NCBI GenBank assembly: GCA_947305745.1
Contig: CAMZEH010000005.1
Location: 5,339 to 69,338, forward strand
Source of the DNA: an uncultured Clostridia bacterium
Lineage (GTDB): Bacteria > Bacillota > Clostridia > Oscillospirales > Acutalibacteraceae
DNA: 64,000 nt
Direction of reading: 5' to 3'
The notes beneath the pieces were generated by a model. It worked only from the letters and a program-made list of their open reading frames with translations, ran no database searches and was not told where the DNA came from. Shown here in pieces: positions 1 through 7,975 of this stretch. The position numbers and the translations under genes are program-made. The stretch's first letter is position 1. Each line of letters opens with the position of its first letter.

Positions 1-14
1 TACAATAATAGATT

Positions 15-89
15 TGGTGACTCGTATGGGAATCGAACCCATGTTACCGGCGTGAGAGGCCGGTGTCTTAACCGCTTGACCAACGAGCC
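15..89 (-). tRNA. tRNA-Glu (anticodon CUC)
   Basis: The reverse complement reads GGCTCGTTGGTCAAGCGGTTAAGACACCGGCCTCTCACGCCGGTAACATGGGTTCGATTCCCATACGAGTCACCA (75 nt). It has a 7-bp acceptor stem (one G-U), a GGTTCGATTCC T-arm, the anticodon stem CCGGC/GCCGG with loop CTCTCAC, and an encoded CCA. The scaffold matches Firmicute tRNA-Glu. Confidence 0.9.
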
Positions 90-162
90 ATCGCCCGAAT
101 CTAATTGTATCACAAGCGGTAAAATAAATCAATAGTATAAAATCAATTTTTAAAAAAAAATT

Positions 163-861
163 TTAATCTCTACGGCTTTTAGCGATAAGTATCAGCCTAA
201 CTAGCGATAACAATGAAGTAAATGCCGCCGCCAAATAGGTCATAGCCGCCGCCGAAAGCACTTTTTTCGCACCTTTCACTTCTTCCGGAGCAAGCATTGC
301 ACTTTCTTTAAGTGCTTTGAGTGCCCGTCTGCTTGCATCAAACTCAACTGGCAACGTAACAAGCTCAAAGAGTACCGCAACAGAATATAGAATTATCCCA
401 AGATTAATAACAAATTGATATTTTGTCGGCAAAAATAAACCTATCAGTACCAAAGGCATAGCAAGTCTTGAGCTTGCCGTCGTAACGGGGACGAGAATTT
501 GGCGCAGTCTTATCGGCCAATATCCGACATCGTCTTGCGTCGCGTGTCCGCACTCATGCGCGGCAACGCTCACCGCCGCTAAAGTTGGCTCGGAATACAC
601 ATTTTCAGAAAGATACACGCCTTTTGAACGTGAATCGTAATAATCCGCAAAATATCCCGACGTAGTGTTTACACTAACTCCCGTGACGTTATTGAAATCA
701 AGAACAGCTTTGGCCGCCTCTGAACCCGTAATATTCTTAGACGAACGAATTTTAGAATATTTATTAAATGCATTCTTTACCTTTATTTGTGCATAAAGTG
801 TGACTGCCAACGAAATTATCATAAACAAAATATAGGTCGGATCTCCGTAGTACCAGTACAT
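163..861 (-). CDS. Membrane zinc metallopeptidase (YugP-like putative neutral zinc metallopeptidase family)
   Basis: 232-aa ORF with an N-terminal TM helix, the HExxH motif HECGHA, and C-terminal TM helices. The conserved stretch LITLPVEFDASRRAL is typical of this family. Confidence 0.8.
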   Translation of the reverse strand: MYWYYGDPTYILFMIISLAVTLYAQIKVKNAFNKYSKIRSSKNITGSEAAKAVLDFNNVTGVSVNTTSGYFADYYDSRSKGVYLSENVYSEPTLAAVSVAAHECGHATQDDVGYWPIRLRQILVPVTTASSRLAMPLVLIGLFLPTKYQFVINLGIILYSVAVLFELVTLPVEFDASRRALKALKESAMLAPEEVKGAKKVLSAAAMTYLAAAFTSLLSLVRLILIAKSRRD

Positions 862-1063
862 ATTTACATCTACTCCTCGAAATTCAAAATAGTCAGCAAT
901 TAAATTTTATCATTTACTTTTTTTATTTTCAACATTCTTAAATTTAAAAATTCACTCAAAATTACCACATATATCGACATGTGTTACACAGTAAAATTTA
1001 TTAAAATAACATCATTAAATTTCGAGGAGGTGTAAAAGAATTTAAAAAATTAGCACTTAGGGG

Positions 1064-1092
1064 TTGACACTGCCAAAACACCGTGTTACACT
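1064..1092 (+). promoter_or_regulatory. Sigma-A type promoter upstream of hsp20
   Basis: TTGACA (1064-1069), a 17-nt spacer, then TACACT (1087-1092), about 50 nt upstream of the hsp20 ATG. Confidence 0.55.
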
Positions 1093-1142
1093 CATCATTG
1101 TAAGCAGTTTTGCTTAAAACATTTTTAGGAGGTTTGATATTT

Positions 1143-1589
1143 ATGCGTATGGTTCCTTTTCATTCAAATGATTTATTCGGAGATTTTGATCTATCCGACC
1201 CGTTCAAAGGTCTATTCAAAACTTTGGATTCTTTACCGAGAGTTCCAAACGTTATGAATACGGACGTCGTGGAAAAAGATGGCAAGATCGAACTTATTAT
1301 GGACTTGCCAGGAGTGAAGAAAGAAGATATTGAGATTAAACTTGAAGAAGGCAATCTTATCATCAGCGCCTCGACAAGCGAAAGCAAATCTACGGAGGAA
1401 AAATCAGATAATACGAATTATATACGTAAAGAACGCCACAGCGGAAAATATACTAGAAGTTTTTATATCGGCGAACACATTACTTCTGAGGATATAAAAG
1501 CGAAATTCGAAAATGGTACGCTTGCACTTACGTTCCCAAAAGAAAAACCTAAAGAAATCCCGCAAAACAACATAATAAGTATTGAGTGA
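1143..1589 (+). CDS. Hsp20/alpha-crystallin family small heat-shock protein
   Basis: Alpha-crystallin domain (DLPGVKKEDIEIKLEEGNLIISA ... GKYTRSFYIGEHI ... AKFENGTLALTFPK). ATG 1143 follows AGGAGG (1127-1132). The ORF-track TTG start at 1110 has no RBS. Confidence 0.85.
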   Translation: MRMVPFHSNDLFGDFDLSDPFKGLFKTLDSLPRVPNVMNTDVVEKDGKIELIMDLPGVKKEDIEIKLEEGNLIISASTSESKSTEEKSDNTNYIRKERHSGKYTRSFYIGEHITSEDIKAKFENGTLALTFPKEKPKEIPQNNIISIE

Positions 1590-1611
1590 AATTAGACAAA
1601 CCATGAAAAAC

Positions 1612-1647
1612 TTATCTGCACCTTCAGTAGGTGCAGATAATTATTTT
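1612..1647 (+). terminator. Rho-independent terminator after hsp20
   Basis: Perfect 11-bp stem TTATCTGCACC / GGTGCAGATAA, 7-nt loop, followed by TTATTTT. Confidence 0.8.
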
Positions 1648-1672
1648 GCGCAGATAAGATTATTAAAATCCT

Positions 1673-1701
1673 TTGACAATTTTTTTAAATTAATATATAA
1701 T
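1673..1701 (+). promoter_or_regulatory. Consensus sigma-A promoter for the tandem small-peptide genes
   Basis: TTGACA (1673-1678), exactly 17 nt, then TATAAT (1696-1701). Confidence 0.7.
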
Positions 1702-1744
1702 GTAAATTATGAAGTGTTAAATCTATTTTTGGAGGGGATGAACA

Positions 1745-2053
1745 GTGACCAGGAGTAAAAGTTTCACTAAACTGAAATACAATTCACTCGAAAATATTTC
1801 GGGAGGAAATTCTGAAGTTAAAAATAGACCTGAATCCATTCAAATCGGTTTAATATGTGCATCATTCGGAGCCGCCGCAGCCGCAGTAACATCAGCCGCT
1901 TCCTGCGCAATTTACAGAAAAAAGAGCGATACCGCGATGAAACTAGGTAATAATGAAAAAGCGAAAAAATATGATTCTGTTATGTCAGGATTAGCTGTAG
2001 CAGGTGTATGTTTTGCCTCGGCAGCACCGCTTATATACCTCATGGCAGACTAG
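1745..2053 (+). CDS. Double-glycine-leader peptide, paralogue 1 (bacteriocin-like, two hydrophobic helices)
   Basis: GTG start 7 nt after GGAGGGG. The N-terminus is MTRSKSFTKLKYNSLENISGG, with hydrophobic residues at -4/-7/-12/-15 relative to GG. Two Gly/Ala/Ser-rich hydrophobic segments follow, joined by a Lys-rich loop. Paralogous to the next two ORFs. Confidence 0.6.
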   Translation: MTRSKSFTKLKYNSLENISGGNSEVKNRPESIQIGLICASFGAAAAAVTSAASCAIYRKKSDTAMKLGNNEKAKKYDSVMSGLAVAGVCFASAAPLIYLMAD

Positions 2054-2196
2054 AATAAGATCAGCGTTTTGGCATACGCAGTATTCATCTTTGCAAAATA
2101 TTAAAATTTATCGATGAAACTTTTATCATATTATTATGTGTAATTTATGTTATCAACCGGAGTTTAAATTAAATTTTCAGAAGGTGTTTTAAATTT

Positions 2197-2508
2197 ATGA
2201 ACAGGAAAAGTTTTAAAGTTGAAAAACTGTCGGACAGCTCGCTTGAAAATGTTTCCGGTAGAGAAAGCGGTCTAGAAATGTATGTTTTTTGGGGATCAAT
2301 GTTTTTTGTTCCAATTGCTGCAATCGGAGGAACAGCTTGCGCTATCGCCAGTGCCGTTTATAATTCAAAAGCTGCACGTCAAAAAGATGTAGAGCAAGAT
2401 AAAAAATATACTAAAAAATCAAAAGATTTATCAATCGCTTCTGCATGTTTCGGTAGCCTGTCCGCTTTATGCACTACAACAGTCGTTACAATAATCCTTA
2501 CCGATTAA
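2197..2508 (+). CDS. Double-glycine-leader-like peptide, paralogue 2 (GR instead of GG)
   Basis: ATG preceded by GAAGGTG. The leader-like segment is FKVEKLSDSSLENVSGR. It shares the core GGTACAIASAVYNSKA with paralogue 3, followed by a Lys-rich loop and a second hydrophobic helix. Confidence 0.6.
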   Translation: MNRKSFKVEKLSDSSLENVSGRESGLEMYVFWGSMFFVPIAAIGGTACAIASAVYNSKAARQKDVEQDKKYTKKSKDLSIASACFGSLSALCTTTVVTIILTD

Positions 2509-2607
2509 AAGTAAAAATTTTCCTTTGAAAATTTTCTATCAATTTGTTGAATACTTTCAAAAAACAATCAATTTAATTAAAGCACATCTTTACAAAGGAG
2601 CGATTTT

Positions 2608-2937
2608 ATGCCAACCATTATAAAAAAACTTAACCTGGCTTCACTTAAAAACGCTTCGGGCGGCGGAAAGCAAGATGTGGAGAATTTCATTATCTATGGA
2701 TCAATAACGTCTGCAGCTCTTGGGTCAATTGGAGGATCGGCCTGCGCAATTGCCAGTGCTGTTTATAATCAAAAAGCTTCTAACGCTCTAAAGCAAGATG
2801 ATATGCGAAAAAGGGAAAAATATGCCGAAACAGCAAAAAGTTTATCTATAGCCGCTGCATCTTTAGGTGGGCTAACCGTTTTAAGCGGCAGTGTGCTACC
2901 AGTGAGCCTTTTACACTCGTGGATTCGCCGACATTAG
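2608..2937 (+). CDS. Double-glycine-leader peptide, paralogue 3
   Basis: ATG preceded by AAGGAG. The leader-like segment is IIKKLNLASLKNASGGG, with core GGSACAIASAVYNQKA and a second hydrophobic helix. Confidence 0.6.
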   Translation: MPTIIKKLNLASLKNASGGGKQDVENFIIYGSITSAALGSIGGSACAIASAVYNQKASNALKQDDMRKREKYAETAKSLSIAAASLGGLTVLSGSVLPVSLLHSWIRRH

Positions 2938-2975
2938 TGTAATATCTCTATGCACCTTAAATTGGGCGCAGTTTT

Positions 2976-4682
2976 TTATTCTTCGCGGAAAATATTAAAT
3001 GCGCGCAGTAAATTGAGCGTACCATAGCCCCACTGTGGATTTGGATAATCTCTGTTTGCGTCGCGGTCACACCCTCGTATCAGAATTAGTCTGAGTCTAT
3101 TGCCCGTGAGGGCAAGGAAATTTCTTTCCACTATCGCCCACTGCATTAGCAGTGCCGCTGCACCCGCAGTAATTGCCGCAGCTACGCTCGTTCCACTCAT
3201 CTCTACAAAACCATTCGGGGAAACTCCCTCGACGTTCACTCCCGGCGCGGCGAAATCGGGCGAAAACTTCATTCCGACAGTAGGCCCCCAAGAGCTATTT
3301 ATATAAAGACTGCTTTCTATGCTATTATATGCACCGACGGCTATCGTTCCCATGGCGGTTGAAGGAATCACCGTTGTATAATTTGGTGTCGGCGCAACAA
3401 ACTCTATATCGGGACTCACAAACCCCGTCATCGGTAACCACGCTTGATACTCTCCGCTTATTATCAAATCGCCGTGGAGATTTATTTCCCACGTTCCCGG
3501 CACGACGTCCGTTATCTGCACTATCGCAAACCTACTTTCGTTTTGATGATATGCAATATTGACCGTAGAACGTTCAAATATCAGCTTTTTCTGATACGTC
3601 GTACCCACAAAAAACGGAATTTTATTTATTATTTCACCTGTTGGAGATTTTAGCGAAAACGAAATTTTATCCCAGCCCGAATACCATATATAAACGCTCA
3701 GAGTTTTCGCCTGTTCTCCCACGCGTACGGATATCGGCACAACATCGCCCTCCTTTTCCACAACCCCTTGCGTATGATGCCTGGCATTGCTCTCATTGCC
3801 CACTGCGGTAGATATAACCGTCCCAACCGAATTCGACAAAAACGATATATAGTTTTCCAGACGATTTTGCCCATTGTGTCCGCCGAAGTTTGTGCCGAGT
3901 GCGAGGCATATCGAGCATGGTCTCCCGAGAGCTCCCGCCTGCTCAAAGATAAACGACAGACCAAGCATTATATCAATTGAAATATATGCATTTTCCTGTT
4001 CGGGCGGGACTAAAAACTTTTTCAGATAAAACGGCGCCGCTTTTTTCAGTTTGACTACTATCAAATCGGCATCGGGCGCAGCTCCTATGAATTCGCCGTC
4101 TTGTCGACCCGCCGCGAGAGATGCAAGATACGTCCCGTGTCCATTCTCATCTTTATGCGGCACTATATTATATGGCTCTTCACTCCTAAGTGCTTCATTA
4201 ATCTGTTCGGCGGTATAAACCGTACCAAAATTCACACCGTAGTTTTGCGGTCCTTCTGCAGTTTGATCCCAAATATACTTAATTTTTGTCGTCCCGTCTT
4301 CGTATCTGAAAACGGGATTCGTGTAATCTATGCCGGTATCGACTATGCCTACAATCACGCCCGAGCCGGTAAGGTTTAAATACGGCTGCTGCTGTACGTC
4401 CGCTATACCACTTGCTTCGAGCGCCTCGGTAAAAGTCAGACCGTACACTTCCGGATAGGTATTTAGAAAATCCGAACCGAGCTCTTCGAAAATAGTTTCC
4501 ATATTTTCTTCATTTGTACACAAAATCGCAAGGTCATTAGATAGCACTTTAACGAGCCGTATATAAGGTTTATCGGCCAGATACGCCTGAAAAGAAGGCG
4601 TATACCAGGCGTAAAACGGAACCGTTGTCGGCAAAGCTATAAATTCATCGAGCGGCAGTAATATATCTTCTGAATTCGGCAT
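2976..4682 (-). CDS. S8 subtilisin-like serine protease, Csp (germination-specific protease) type
   Basis: Full catalytic triad: VGIVDTGIDY (Asp), NGHGTYLASLAAG (His), SGTSVAAAITAGAAALL (Ser). About 100-aa prodomain, no signal peptide, IWDQT motif, ~570 aa as in clostridial CspA/B/C. ATG 4682 follows AGGAGG. The ORF-track TTG at 4712 lies upstream of that RBS. Confidence 0.7.
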   Translation of the reverse strand: MPNSEDILLPLDEFIALPTTVPFYAWYTPSFQAYLADKPYIRLVKVLSNDLAILCTNEENMETIFEELGSDFLNTYPEVYGLTFTEALEASGIADVQQQPYLNLTGSGVIVGIVDTGIDYTNPVFRYEDGTTKIKYIWDQTAEGPQNYGVNFGTVYTAEQINEALRSEEPYNIVPHKDENGHGTYLASLAAGRQDGEFIGAAPDADLIVVKLKKAAPFYLKKFLVPPEQENAYISIDIMLGLSFIFEQAGALGRPCSICLALGTNFGGHNGQNRLENYISFLSNSVGTVISTAVGNESNARHHTQGVVEKEGDVVPISVRVGEQAKTLSVYIWYSGWDKISFSLKSPTGEIINKIPFFVGTTYQKKLIFERSTVNIAYHQNESRFAIVQITDVVPGTWEINLHGDLIISGEYQAWLPMTGFVSPDIEFVAPTPNYTTVIPSTAMGTIAVGAYNSIESSLYINSSWGPTVGMKFSPDFAAPGVNVEGVSPNGFVEMSGTSVAAAITAGAAALLMQWAIVERNFLALTGNRLRLILIRGCDRDANRDYPNPQWGYGTLNLLRAFNIFREE

Positions 4683-4838
4683 ATAAATCCTCCTAATATA
4701 AGAATTTTCCAAAATATGCTATGCAAGCGGTTTCATGCACTATAATATTACTAACTGCAAATGTAATTAATACGCCAAAAGTATCGCTTCTTCTAATTAA
4801 ACATGTTATAATAAAAAACAAAAACGGAGAATTAATTT

Positions 4839-5219
4839 ATGCAAAAAATGTACATGACACATCCTATTTTACCCACACCGAACCCCAAACAAACCGCTGA
4901 TTTTTACGTCCAAAAATTAGGTTTTGATTCGGTAGAATATTTAAATGCCAAAGAACCTCACATATGTTTATACAAAGACGATATTGAGATTATACTGACA
5001 GATTCAAACGGTCAAAAAGTCATTCCGAACCGTGAATTGTACGGCTATGGATATGATGTTTATATAATCGTAAATAATCAAGAGGAACTGCAGAAAGAAT
5101 TCGACGATAAAGGACTTAAAATCGTAAAAAGACTTTCCGTAACCGACTATAATAACAAAGAATTGGTTTTGGAAGATATTGACGGCAGGTGGCTTGGGTT
5201 TGGTGTAAAACTCGGATAA
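4839..5219 (+). CDS. VOC (glyoxalase/bleomycin-resistance-like) family protein
   Basis: 126-aa ORF with a beta-alpha-beta-beta-beta style pattern (FYVQKLGF ... EIILTD ... YDVYIIV ... LVLEDIDGRWLGF). GGAG RBS lies 9 nt upstream. Confidence 0.5.
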   Translation: MQKMYMTHPILPTPNPKQTADFYVQKLGFDSVEYLNAKEPHICLYKDDIEIILTDSNGQKVIPNRELYGYGYDVYIIVNNQEELQKEFDDKGLKIVKRLSVTDYNNKELVLEDIDGRWLGFGVKLG

Positions 5220-5275
5220 AAAAACTATATAATTTGAATAGATAACCATTTGAAAATTTTCAAATAAAAAATTAT

Positions 5276-7009
5276 TTAAATATATCCGTTGAAAATCCAT
5301 AATTCCTCCAAGGCGTCGTAAACACAGAGCGTTCCGTAGCCAAAACTATTATTTGGGTAATTTATTCTGCCGTTTCTCCGCGAACCTTTTTTTAGGTAAG
5401 CTTTTAATCTTTCGCCATATAAAAACGGGTCCCTCTGCTGTACGATGCCCCACTGCATGAGAAGTGCCGCCGCGCCCGAAACAAACGGCGCCGCCATACT
5501 CGTACCGCTAAAAAGTGAATATCCTCCACCCATAGACGGCGCAAGAATATCCACCGCCGGTGCGACCAAATCGGGCTTTGTGTAAACAACGCTCAAGGTG
5601 TATCCGCGGCCTGAAAAATCTGTTATTATGTTCCTCACAGAGTCATATCCACCGACTGTGATTACGTTTTGAGCCGTCCCGGGTATTGTAAGCGTTGCGT
5701 CGATTGACGGATTGACAAAACTTGTATCCGTTCCGACTTCTTCCACGGTCGGGAGATAAATATCATAGCTGCCCTCAACGATTTTTCTCGCTCTGACGCG
5801 TATTTTATATATTCCGATGGGCAATTGCCCTTCCACTGGGTCGATTTGAAAAAATATTTCCTGAAAAGTAGTATAAAACTTCGGCTGACCATAGCTTACA
5901 ACTATTCTTGCGTCGCCTATACGAAAATTCCTTACCCTATCAATATACGAAATCTCGCCCGTTGAGCGCCCGCTCGGAAGAATCAGCCCAACGGAGAAAT
6001 CATCCGCAAAATTTTTCCACATCGTAAGAAAAAACGAATTATTTTTACCCGAATAGAAAAATTCTATATTTTGAACTTCATCGTTTGAAATTTTGCCTGA
6101 ATAATGATGCCCCGCAGAACCTTCGTTACCCGCTGCCACCACTATCGATGTTTTCCATTTTTCCGCCATGCTATTTATATAAAGCTCAAAAAGCGACTGC
6201 CCGTTATGCGCGCCGTCGTTTGTGCCGTAACTTATGTTTATTACAAGCGGCAAACCAAACGCCAGAGCTTTATCAAGCGAATATTTAACAGCTCGCATAA
6301 GTTCTGTCGTCCTTGCAAAAGACGGGTATCCTTTTTCGCCAAGCTTTACGACTATAATTGAAGCATTCGGTGCAACTCCGACGTTTTCTCCGCCCGATGC
6401 CCTTCCGTTTCCCGCGGCAATCCCCGCCACAGCCGTTCCGTGCCCCATAATATCTACTTCAGGCACAAGAGAATATGGGTCATTCGACGAAAGAGCAGCG
6501 TTAATTTGCTCGTTTGTGTACTCTGCGCCCGACGTGAACCCCTGCGGAGGGTTGCCTTCGCCGGTCTGATCCCACATGCAAAGAATTCTGCTTGTTCCTT
6601 CCTCGTTTATGAAATCGGGGTGCGTATATTCTATCCCCGAATCTATTATCGCTACCGCAACGCCTTCGCCCGTAAGGTTATACCTGCCTACTCTCTGCAC
6701 TTCGGGTACACATGAACTTCTAACGCTTTCCTGGTAGCTAAGAGTGAGTATTTTTGGCGCTTCTACAGCCTCGACTTCCGTGAACTCCGTTAAGCGCGAA
6801 AGTTCGCTCAGCCGAAGCGTTATAATTGCAAAATTTTCGCTGAGAATCTCGGTTTCTACGCCGAGCTGACGCCCTACCGCCACAATATCGCCATTATATT
6901 TTACGATTACTTCCAGCGGCGCATCGCTAAAGCCGTAATACCCCGCAAGCGGAACGATATCGCTTTCGGAAATCACCGCTCTTCCCGGCACCAAACTCGA
7001 TAAAGACAT
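5276..7009 (-). CDS. S8 subtilisin-like serine protease, Csp (germination-specific protease) type
   Basis: Full triad: VAIIDSGIEY, MGHGTAVAGIAAG, SGTSMAAPFVSGAAALL. Prodomain with VIVKYNGDI, MWDQT motif, no signal peptide, 577 aa. GGAGG lies 7 nt upstream of the ATG. Confidence 0.7.
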   Translation of the reverse strand: MSLSSLVPGRAVISESDIVPLAGYYGFSDAPLEVIVKYNGDIVAVGRQLGVETEILSENFAIITLRLSELSRLTEFTEVEAVEAPKILTLSYQESVRSSCVPEVQRVGRYNLTGEGVAVAIIDSGIEYTHPDFINEEGTSRILCMWDQTGEGNPPQGFTSGAEYTNEQINAALSSNDPYSLVPEVDIMGHGTAVAGIAAGNGRASGGENVGVAPNASIIVVKLGEKGYPSFARTTELMRAVKYSLDKALAFGLPLVINISYGTNDGAHNGQSLFELYINSMAEKWKTSIVVAAGNEGSAGHHYSGKISNDEVQNIEFFYSGKNNSFFLTMWKNFADDFSVGLILPSGRSTGEISYIDRVRNFRIGDARIVVSYGQPKFYTTFQEIFFQIDPVEGQLPIGIYKIRVRARKIVEGSYDIYLPTVEEVGTDTSFVNPSIDATLTIPGTAQNVITVGGYDSVRNIITDFSGRGYTLSVVYTKPDLVAPAVDILAPSMGGGYSLFSGTSMAAPFVSGAAALLMQWGIVQQRDPFLYGERLKAYLKKGSRRNGRINYPNNSFGYGTLCVYDALEELWIFNGYI

Positions 7010-7055
7010 AAAAAAGCCTCCTTATCACACTTCTATGATAAAGAGGCCAAATTTA

Positions 7056-7850
7056 TTAATTTTTAATAGTTATAAATGCTGCGTTATTTCCGCGCTTACC
7101 TTGCGTCGCACGGTGCGAAAATAGCCAATCTTTATTGCAGCAGCTGCAAATATCCGACTTGACAATATTTTTTGAAGGCACACCAAAATTTTCCAGAATT
7201 CTTTTATTCGTTTCTTTGAGATCGATATTAAATTTGTTGTTTTTGTTTTTCTCAAAAGTCATTCCGAGGTTTAAAGCCTCAAATTCATTTTTTACACCTT
7301 CGCCCACTTCAAAGCAGCACTTACCAATACACGGCCCTAATGCGCACATGAGATTTTCTTTCTTACTGCCGAATTTTTCTGTAAAATTGCGAGCTAAATT
7401 TTCGGCAATTTTCGAAACCGTACCTCGCCAGCCTGCATGAGCAAGGCCAACGACTTTTTTAACGAGGTCGAACATATATACAGGGCAACAGTCGGCATGA
7501 GAAGTCTTTAAAACCACGCCCGGAATATCCGTTATAAAGCCATCCGCACCCGAAAAATTCAGATTTCCGCTCTTAACATCTTCATCTGTAATAATTTTAA
7601 TTTTGTTTCCGTGAATTTGCAGACTTCTAACCAGTTTTTTTCTATCGTAACCGAGAGCCAAACAGAAAATTTTATAGTTTTCTTCAATATTTTCCGGCGT
7701 TTCCGAACCCGAAAGATAAAAATTCATGGAACTGAATTCGTTTTTACTAACTCCGCCCAACCTCGTGGAAAAAGCGTGGCTTAAAAAAGGATACTGCTCA
7801 AATTTTTTAAACGTCAAATAGCCGACTTTATCGCTAAAATTTAAATTCAT
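7056..7850 (-). CDS. pgeF: Peptidoglycan editing factor PgeF / YfiH-family (DUF152) protein
   Basis: HADCCPVYMFD and GLAHAGWRG motifs, plus a C-terminal CSCC...F.SHR pattern typical of YfiH. The start is set at MNLNFSD (ATG 7850). The longer ORF-track start would run into the terminator of the upstream gene. Confidence 0.8.
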   Translation of the reverse strand: MNLNFSDKVGYLTFKKFEQYPFLSHAFSTRLGGVSKNEFSSMNFYLSGSETPENIEENYKIFCLALGYDRKKLVRSLQIHGNKIKIITDEDVKSGNLNFSGADGFITDIPGVVLKTSHADCCPVYMFDLVKKVVGLAHAGWRGTVSKIAENLARNFTEKFGSKKENLMCALGPCIGKCCFEVGEGVKNEFEALNLGMTFEKNKNNKFNIDLKETNKRILENFGVPSKNIVKSDICSCCNKDWLFSHRATQGKRGNNAAFITIKN

Positions 7851-7929
7851 GGTTTCGCTATTGAAATTCACAAAATCGCCTCGTATAAAAGTTATCAATA
7901 CTATAGTAAGTTTATTCTTCAAAATTGTC

Positions 7930-7959
7930 AATAAAAACCCTGCCACACAAAGCAGCAGG
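7930..7959 (-). terminator. Rho-independent terminator closing the AAA+ operon
   Basis: On the minus strand: CCTGCTGC-TTTGT-GTGGCAGG (8 bp including two G-U pairs), followed by GTTTTTATT. Confidence 0.6.
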
Positions 7960-7975
7960 AATAAAGTACATATTT

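Noticed and set aside
1050-1080. Possible CIRCE (HrcA operator) overlapping the hsp20 promoter: TTAGCACTT-N9-CACTGCCAA
   Set aside because: The left half matches the TTAGCACTC consensus at 8/9 positions, but the right half matches GAGTGCTAA at only 6/9. The inverted repeat is therefore weak. It could be a decayed operator and is not supportable as a feature.
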